Virus record (IMG/VR): IMGVR_UViG_3300032770_000013
Span: 31,989-95,988 of that record
Origin: a virus
Strand: one strand, 5' to 3'
Length of the DNA: 64,000 nucleotides
The position numbers and the translations under genes were made by a program. Of this stretch, positions 57,758-64,000 are shown in pieces. Below the pieces are notes generated by a model that saw only the letters and a program-made list of their open reading frames with translations, did no database searches and was not told the origin of the DNA. Position 1 is the first letter of the stretch; every line of letters starts with the position of its first letter.

Positions 57758-58326
57758 TATCGCCGATGATGGTGGGCAGCGGCGCGATGGATCAGCAAAT
57801 TCAGATACGCGGCTGAATTGCTTCCGAAGACTGCCCGGTACTTGCCGGACGAAATTGGCGGAGCCGCACTCGCAAGCGTCTGGGCTTGCGGGATCAAAGC
57901 CGTCACCATGCCGACGATGGCCTCAATCTCTGGAAGTGCCGCGACGATAATGCCGATGATGGATGCCGCCGCACCGATGCCGGGGATGGCACTAATCAGC
58001 GGCAGAAGGATTGGCGCAAGCTGATTGAGATATCCTTCAATTGTCGTCAACAAGCTTTGACCAGCCGCAGGCGTGGTGACACCTGCAACTCCAGCAGCGA
58101 CGGTTTGAATGTCGCCCACGATTGTTTGGATGACCTTCAGCGTACTTGCGGCAATTGTTCCGGCAGGAAGCTCGGCAACAAATTGCCCGACTTGATCGGA
58201 GATGGCTTGGATGGCTTGAGCAAATGCCGCGACGTTGAATGTGGTTACGCCGTTGGTAGTGGCACAGCCAGCAAGAGCAAGTGCGGCAGGGGCAGTCGTG
58301 AAGAGAAGAGTTCGGCGGGAAAGCAT
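57757..58326 (-). CDS. Lipoprotein with Tat-like signal
   Basis: MLSRRTLL...LALAGC lipobox. Confidence 0.6.
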   Translation of the reverse strand: MLSRRTLLFTTAPAALALAGCATTNGVTTFNVAAFAQAIQAISDQVGQFVAELPAGTIAASTLKVIQTIVGDIQTVAAGVAGVTTPAAGQSLLTTIEGYLNQLAPILLPLISAIPGIGAAASIIGIIVAALPEIEAIVGMVTALIPQAQTLASAAPPISSGKYRAVFGSNSAAYLNLLIHRAAAHHHRR

Positions 58327-58334
58327 GATAGCTC

Positions 58335-58640
58335 CTATTTGGTTGGAACAACTTTGTCGTGATCGAGCGCGGCGGCAGCAGCCGGCGTGACTTCGATCTT
58401 TTTCACGCTCGGATCATTCGCGGCACTGGAAACACGGCTTGCTGTGGTCATTGCCGAACCGTTCAGCGCGGTAAGAAATGCCGAGCCAAGGGTGGCAAAA
58501 ATTCCGCACCACGCAGTGACAATTGGAATCCAGCCAGCCGGTACAGCACCTGTAAGTACGAGTGTACCTTGCGAAACGGCGATAGCTACTGTAACAACAA
58601 AGGAAATCCAGAAGCGGATTGTCGGATCAATGACGGGCAT
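58335..58640 (-). CDS. Holin-like 2-TM protein
   Basis: Two hydrophobic helices; lysis-module context. Confidence 0.5.
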   Translation of the reverse strand: MPVIDPTIRFWISFVVTVAIAVSQGTLVLTGAVPAGWIPIVTAWCGIFATLGSAFLTALNGSAMTTASRVSSAANDPSVKKIEVTPAAAAALDHDKVVPTK

Positions 58641-59009
58641 CAGCTTTGCTCCGATGGTTGAGGAACGGCAGCGGCGGCATCAAGCGCATTTGCCGCCCAT
58701 TGCGGGACAAGGTTTCTGATTTCAGCCTCAACCTCGGCGACCAAGAAGCCGGGAGCCTTTTGCTCTACCATCGCATCAAGGTCTTTGTTCAGCGAAGCGG
58801 CGGCGGCATCGATCTGTGCTTGAGTGGCGGCCATTATAGCGTATCCTTTGCTCCAACTGCGATCCATATTCCCACGGCCAATGGCCACAAGAACGCGAGC
58901 CAAACTAACAGAAGTGCCGTCCGAATACCATAGGTTGCCGGGCGTGCTATCAAAAAGCTGCCAATCCAGCCAGAAATCCAAAAGATAATCGCACACCACC
59001 AAAGATGGG

Positions 59010-59645
59010 TCATGCCGCCACCTGAAATGGCCGGAAGCTACCAAATGGCCCTAAAGCTATATCCGTGTCGGCATCAAGATTGGCGATTTTCGTATCCATG
59101 CGCTGCTGCACAAGCCGCAGCTCCGATGGCTTGGCCGCGAGATATTCACGCGAATCCGTCCATCCCACCGAACCCGAGAGCCAAGCGTATTGTGCCGTAC
59201 CATCGGCACATACAGCCCTGCACACCGCCCCCGATCCATAGACTCCTACAAGATAGCCCGAACCCTGCATTTCCTTTGCAATGGCCGCAAAGTAGGGACG
59301 GACCTTGTTCTGAATTGCGGCCGCGCTGAAATCCGTATCGCAGGCAAAATAGACGCAAGCCGTCCCGTCTGCCGGCGCTCCAATCTTCGGCATGTAGTTC
59401 TTGGCGAAATAACCGTCGATGGCACCATAACCGCCGTTGATGTCGTCAACCCCATCGGCCCCGCCATAAACCTCGAATACGGTAAAGACTTTGATGCCAG
59501 AGGCACCAAGCGCGCGAGCCTCTTGCGGCTGGAGTAGTTTTGATGCGCCGGTTGAAGTTGTGAGGTAGCGGCCAATGTCCGTGACGTTATCGGCCAGAAG
59601 GTGGGCGATCTGGTCTGCCGCTGGATCTGGCGTGTCGATTATCAC
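59010..59645 (-). CDS. Endolysin, DUF1906 (GH25-like) glycoside hydrolase
   Basis: IGRYL...K.L...EA...VFE...VYFACDTD...VGVYGSG.VC...AWLS. Confidence 0.8.
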   Translation of the reverse strand: MIIDTPDPAADQIAHLLADNVTDIGRYLTTSTGASKLLQPQEARALGASGIKVFTVFEVYGGADGVDDINGGYGAIDGYFAKNYMPKIGAPADGTACVYFACDTDFSAAAIQNKVRPYFAAIAKEMQGSGYLVGVYGSGAVCRAVCADGTAQYAWLSGSVGWTDSREYLAAKPSELRLVQQRMDTKIANLDADTDIALGPFGSFRPFQVAA

Positions 59646-60070
59646 CCCAAGGCTCCGGCCAAAAAGCAACGGACGTGGAAAATCTTAGCTCCGTTCTCGG
59701 AAGTCTCAGTCCAATACCAAACCACGGCGCGGTGATATTTATTTGGTATGTCGAGAAGCGCATTTGCTGGAACATCTACCCATTGGCCCTCGATTTGGAC
59801 CTTGTAACCGTCCTCAGTTTTCCACACCGCTTCTGGCGGATGGCCGTCGAAATCGGCACAGCAGCTAACACCGTCTTTGCTTTTCAGAGAATCAAACCAG
59901 CCCTTCAAAGCTGAGTTTGCGTAGCGACCGTCCGGATCCCGTGCCAGCGCCATAATGACCGAGACGAAGATCAGGCTGACAATGAGAAATACCGAGATGA
60001 TGTAGCGGATGTAATGATCGCAGCGTGGCAGCGGAAGAACGTCCTGTGGTCGCTTGTCGCGCATCGCCAC
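59642..60070 (-). CDS. Conserved secreted Cys-containing protein
   Basis: TM/signal, then WFDSL...SCCADFD...AVVW...RCF. Confidence 0.6.
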   Translation of the reverse strand: MAMRDKRPQDVLPLPRCDHYIRYIISVFLIVSLIFVSVIMALARDPDGRYANSALKGWFDSLKSKDGVSCCADFDGHPPEAVWKTEDGYKVQIEGQWVDVPANALLDIPNKYHRAVVWYWTETSENGAKIFHVRCFLAGALG

Positions 60071-60071
60071 C

Positions 60072-61913
60072 TCAGCTTGCGGGATATTCCATCGAGAAGC
60101 ATATCGCCAACCCGCTCAGATTTGCATTCGTCACGGCGGTATTTACCGCGCCAGTCGTATAAAATCCGGCAGTGGATGTGTTTGGAATAGTGCGAGCCGA
60201 AACGCTGTTCGGGCCGGTCGACGCCGAGCATTTGATCTGAGTAACAGAGTTTGCATAGCTTTGGTTCGGGACCGCGACCGGAAGTGAAATCACGGCCACA
60301 GAGCCATTACCCGTCGCTGGATAGGTCAGCGCCACATTGACAAAGACGATGTTGCCATACTGACAGTATCTAGCGGAAACAGCCGAAAACGTCAGACTCG
60401 CTCCGCTCTGGTCAGTCGGCGTCCATGATGTACATTGCGTCGGTCCGAGTTCGACGGTAGCCCCACTGAGTTGCAGTCCGGTTCCAACGCTGACGTTCGC
60501 CCATGATGGGGTAGCGCCGCCGCCATTGGTTTGCAAAAATTGTCCGCTCGAGCCGGGCCCGAGGACCGACCATGTCGATGCACCGCGGTAGAGAATGTCG
60601 CCTTCCGTCGCGCCGATGACGTCGAGAACAACGGACGGCGTGGTCGCTACCGGCGTCCCTGAGCCAGCACCCGTGTAGCCAAGCACATGACCCGTGGAAA
60701 TCGAGGCCAACGAGACGGTGCCGCTGGCCGTGATCGGACCGCCAGTAATGCCGCCGCTGGTATCGACCTCGGTAACAGTGCCAGTGCCGGTGACGGTCGT
60801 CCAAGATGGATTGGCGGCCGCACCTCCAGTCGTGAGCACTTGGCCCATCGTGCCTGGAGTAAGCACCATCCACGCCCCGGAATCTCGATAAAGAACGTCG
60901 CCTTGGGCTGAACCCAATGTCGCATCGAATATCGCCGATATCTGATTGGCCTGCGCCGGTATTGTCGACCCGCTGATATTCGAGAGGATCGTATTGTTGC
61001 CGATCGTCGGAAGCTGACTTGCGGAAACCGTTCCCGCAATATCCGAGAATGAGGGTTGCGATGCTACCGGCTGTCCGGCCGTAGTAATCGAATTGATCCA
61101 GAGCGACGTAGTCGGAGCCAAGGAGAAGACGCCGCCGAGCGTGATTGCCGTTGGTGTGGGGAGTTGTGCAGGTCCAACCGAACCGGAAATATCCGTAAAT
61201 GCCGGCTGCGAGAGTTGCGGAACCCCGCTTGTGTTAATAGACCGTATCCAATTGCTCGCAACGGCATTGATGGCCTCGACACCGCCTAGCGTTGACAATG
61301 TCGGATTAGGCAGATCAGCCCCGACCAAGGACCGGAATACCGGAACGCCAGTCGAGCCGTTGGGCGAGGCATAGACGAGGTTTTGAAGCTGGGTGTTCTT
61401 GCTGAATGTCAGTGTGCCGGAGAGCGTAACCGGCGAGCCGGTAACGGTAAATTCGGCCGGAGCCGCAAGCCCAACGCTAGTCACCGTACCGCCGGCCGCA
61501 GGATTGGCCCATGACGTGTTCCCGCTACCGTCCGTGGTCAGTACATAGCTATTGGTCCCGGCATTAGCCGGTAGCGTCAGCGTCCACGTAGAGCCATTTG
61601 CAGCACTCTGGATGGTCGCTACGCCTGCCGTGGCCCCTGCTAATCCAATGCTGCCCTGAAGCGATCCAGCGACGCCTAGGACCGGCGTGGCGGTCTCGCT
61701 CCACACGGAGGCTCCGCGGTTGAGAACCGTCCCCTGCTGAGTGCCGAAGGTATCCAATATGGCCGTGACCGGCTGGGCATTCGGCGGAGCCGTAGATACC
61801 CCTACATTGCCGCACACATAACTTGGAGGAAATTGGCCATTGCATGTCTGTGCCGACGCGGCCATGGGCCACGCCAGCAAACCCAATGCGAAGAGCCAAA
61901 CACCTAGCCGCAT
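60072..61913 (-). CDS. Tail fibre-like Gly/Thr/Ser-rich protein with a signal-peptide-like N-terminus
   Basis: GTVTSVGL, GDVLYR...GQVLT..G...PSW repeats; start MRLGVWLFALGLLAWPMAASA. Confidence 0.7.
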   Translation of the reverse strand: MRLGVWLFALGLLAWPMAASAQTCNGQFPPSYVCGNVGVSTAPPNAQPVTAILDTFGTQQGTVLNRGASVWSETATPVLGVAGSLQGSIGLAGATAGVATIQSAANGSTWTLTLPANAGTNSYVLTTDGSGNTSWANPAAGGTVTSVGLAAPAEFTVTGSPVTLSGTLTFSKNTQLQNLVYASPNGSTGVPVFRSLVGADLPNPTLSTLGGVEAINAVASNWIRSINTSGVPQLSQPAFTDISGSVGPAQLPTPTAITLGGVFSLAPTTSLWINSITTAGQPVASQPSFSDIAGTVSASQLPTIGNNTILSNISGSTIPAQANQISAIFDATLGSAQGDVLYRDSGAWMVLTPGTMGQVLTTGGAAANPSWTTVTGTGTVTEVDTSGGITGGPITASGTVSLASISTGHVLGYTGAGSGTPVATTPSVVLDVIGATEGDILYRGASTWSVLGPGSSGQFLQTNGGGATPSWANVSVGTGLQLSGATVELGPTQCTSWTPTDQSGASLTFSAVSARYCQYGNIVFVNVALTYPATGNGSVAVISLPVAVPNQSYANSVTQIKCSASTGPNSVSARTIPNTSTAGFYTTGAVNTAVTNANLSGLAICFSMEYPAS

Positions 61914-62401
61914 AAGTACCAAGCTCCGCCAATCGGTCCCGGGTTTATGACCACCCAGCCATAAGCATTCTCGATAATCAGTTCCGATAACCCATCGCAC
62001 AATTCCCCATTGCTGAAGGAAATCGTGATATTGTTCGTCGCTGCATCTCCGATGAAATCCTTGACCAGCACCGGTCCCGGCGCCGCCATCGAAGCCGCAG
62101 TTGGAAACTGAATATAGCTCGGCGAGCCTATGGTCTTATCGAGAAGGATCCGCGTATTGTTCGGCTGTACCTGATATGGATTAGCCAGTGTAGCCCCGGA
62201 TTGAATCAGCGTCGTATTGAACGACGGATACGACGAGAAGAAAACTGCAAGTGCGGCCGTCGTAACCTGGTAATTATTCCCGTTCTGAGCATTCCCCGGA
62301 GACACAATCTCCATGACCTCGCCACCAGTCAACGAGCCGGTAAGCCCGGGAAGGCTTGTTATCCGGCCGTCGAGAGGAACGAAGAGTGGAGTAGTCGGCA
62401 T
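61904..62401 (-). CDS. Putative virion protein
   Basis: ITSLP...LTGGEVMEIV; VKDFIGDAATNNITI motif. Confidence 0.6.
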   Translation of the reverse strand: MPTTPLFVPLDGRITSLPGLTGSLTGGEVMEIVSPGNAQNGNNYQVTTAALAVFFSSYPSFNTTLIQSGATLANPYQVQPNNTRILLDKTIGSPSYIQFPTAASMAAPGPVLVKDFIGDAATNNITISFSNGELCDGLSELIIENAYGWVVINPGPIGGAWYLCG

Positions 62402-62407
62402 CAGCCC

Positions 62408-62926
62408 CTATCCCGGAAACAGGATCAACCCGCCCTCGCTTATCAGAATTTGACCGGATTCGGAAATCAGATACGGATGCGGCGGCCACGGTAAAACAGG
62501 AATCGCCGGATTAACCGGTGCCGGCAATGCCGCTCCCGCTGGATACGGAAGGTACTGAATTATCCGCTCCGTCTCTCCATTCTGGTTCGCCCGTAATATC
62601 GCAGGCCCCGCTCCCCACGGCGGATTGTCCGGCGAGTTGTACTCGATGATCCGGACGGTCTGCTCTTCGTAGGAGAAGAAGGGCACGCGAGAATTAAATA
62701 TGGGCGGCGGATCTGGCTCGAGCACAATTGTCCGGAGCTGCTCATTGGGCACATCAAGGCATTCCCAGCAGCGCAGAGAACCAAACTGAAAAATCCGGTT
62801 TCCAGCCCACTCAGATTGAAAATTCATTTCGCGCAGCGGCCACCAACGGCCGCAAAGATCGCATTGGCCGGCTGACTGAGGATTAAGAGCATCGACCTTA
62901 GTATGTTTGCTCATAGGCCGACTCAT
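62408..62926 (-). CDS. Conserved Zn-finger virion-module protein
   Basis: GQCDLCG...EWAG...CWECLDVP...DPPP. Confidence 0.65.
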   Translation of the reverse strand: MSRPMSKHTKVDALNPQSAGQCDLCGRWWPLREMNFQSEWAGNRIFQFGSLRCWECLDVPNEQLRTIVLEPDPPPIFNSRVPFFSYEEQTVRIIEYNSPDNPPWGAGPAILRANQNGETERIIQYLPYPAGAALPAPVNPAIPVLPWPPHPYLISESGQILISEGGLILFPG

Positions 62927-63930
62927 GCGGCATTCTCCAAATAAGAGAAGGACAAGCCAGACGTCGTCGGCTTACCACTGCGACATGCTTCGTAAATCAT
63001 CCAAGATGAAAGTCCCGTAGCATGCACGGCCGCACTATTGTTTGCGAAGACCTCTCCTGTATCGAGGCGGATAACTGGATAGCTGCGTTTCTTGGAAAGC
63101 TTATCTTTCCACCCAGTTTTTATTTTCTGACTTTTTTCAATCGCAGCCGCGAGAGCGATTTGTCTTTCTGGCTCTGACAGCGCGCCAAACATAAAAAACA
63201 GGCCGCTATGATGTGTTCGTCCATGGATGCAGATATACGAGACTGTATTGCGCAACAGTCCTAGAGCCTTATCGGCAGCCATTGCACTTGGGTAAACTAT
63301 CCCTGTATTCAGACACGTAACCTGCCGTCCGTTTTTCTTGGCTACCTTTTCAACTCGCGCTCGCTCGGCAGTGAACTTGTGCTGTTTGAAATCAGCGAGA
63401 AGAGCGAATCTCTGGTCTTCGGTCAGATGCTCGCTAGCATACCTAAAGCCTAGACCTGTTCTAGTTAAACCGATGTGTTCACATAGGTAAGAAACTTGTG
63501 GCTTGCTCAAACCATAAGCCCGAGCGGTTGCTCTAATGCTTGGATAGATCTTGCCGTCGTTTAGACACAAGACTGGCTTGCCTGTTTCCTTCGCTCTCGC
63601 CTGAGAAAATTCCCTCTGTTTGATTTTTGAGGTGAATACCAGCCCACCAGATGCGATGTTGTATTCTGGATCGAGCAGGGCAATGAGCCGCTCTTCTTCT
63701 TTGTACATCTCCTCGGACGTCAGCAGTGTAGCTAACGTCGTCCACTCAAAAGCTTCTCGACCATACTTGCGGATTGCATCGTAAAAACGTGGGCAATCAC
63801 GAGCTTTACGTCTGGCGTCCTTGAAATGCTGTTCGGCTCGCGCCTCTCTGCCAAGTCGCGTTGCGCCGATATAGCGCTTGCCGTTTATTTTGTTGGTTGC
63901 CATATAGACAGTGAAAGTGTGTTCTGTCAC
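62923..63930 (-). CDS. GIY-YIG homing endonuclease with three NUMOD1-like repeats
   Basis: VYMATNKINGKRYIG...EYNI; KPVLCLNDGKIYPSI, QVTCLNTGIVYPSA, PVIRLDTGEVF. Confidence 0.9.
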   Translation of the reverse strand: MTEHTFTVYMATNKINGKRYIGATRLGREARAEQHFKDARRKARDCPRFYDAIRKYGREAFEWTTLATLLTSEEMYKEEERLIALLDPEYNIASGGLVFTSKIKQREFSQARAKETGKPVLCLNDGKIYPSIRATARAYGLSKPQVSYLCEHIGLTRTGLGFRYASEHLTEDQRFALLADFKQHKFTAERARVEKVAKKNGRQVTCLNTGIVYPSAMAADKALGLLRNTVSYICIHGRTHHSGLFFMFGALSEPERQIALAAAIEKSQKIKTGWKDKLSKKRSYPVIRLDTGEVFANNSAAVHATGLSSWMIYEACRSGKPTTSGLSFSYLENAA

Positions 63931-63938
63931 AATACAAC

Positions 63939-64000
63939 CTATGCGCGAAAATAGTTCTGCAACCCAGGAGTGATATACATGGGCGATGGCTCCGTCTGCT
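63939..64000 (-). CDS. Partial C-terminus of a probable head-tail adaptor (…QTEPSPMYITPGLQNYFRA*)
   Basis: Manual translation; open frame from the window edge to TAG at 63939-63941. Confidence 0.45.
   Translation of the reverse strand, partial: QTEPSPMYITPGLQNYFRA

Overview
This window is a 64-kb segment of a tailed phage genome, probably podovirus-like with an alphaproteobacterial host (GapR- and GcrA-like genes). The minus strand carries morphogenesis genes (portal, GroES-like, scaffold-like, adaptor-like, tail collar, gp10-like; fibre and lysis genes at the right end), a long block of small accessory and glycan/modification genes, TerS, and ERF/NinB-like recombination genes. A plus-strand block carries GapR, RusA, a DNA methyltransferase and a TerL with three LAGLIDADG inteins. 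Selfish elements are abundant (about 7 HNH, 2 GIY-YIG, 3 inteins, a solo TnpB). No major capsid, polymerase or tyrosine integrase gene is visible. Top finding: a cassette at 5812-7058 (RHH regulator, HNH nuclease, Cas7/RAMP-like gene with one in-frame TAG) is flanked by 5-nt-periodic GNY-NN arrays. The 15 variable dinucleotides of the main array, read as codon positions 1-2, spell I-D-D-A-E-Q-R-I-Y-R-E-L-D-P-L (resolving ambiguous pairs to fit), matching residues 33-47 of the adjacent virion gene. The resident copy differs mainly by synonymous CGN>AGA and CTN>TTA swaps. This suggests a wobble-skipping RNA-guided nuclease/homing system with self-avoidance. Second candidate system: two arrays of short genes, each headed by an identical 45-bp element (one directly after a serine recombinase gene) and punctuated by ~28-bp quasi-palindromic sites. 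All family assignments come from motif recognition by eye, not from database searches.
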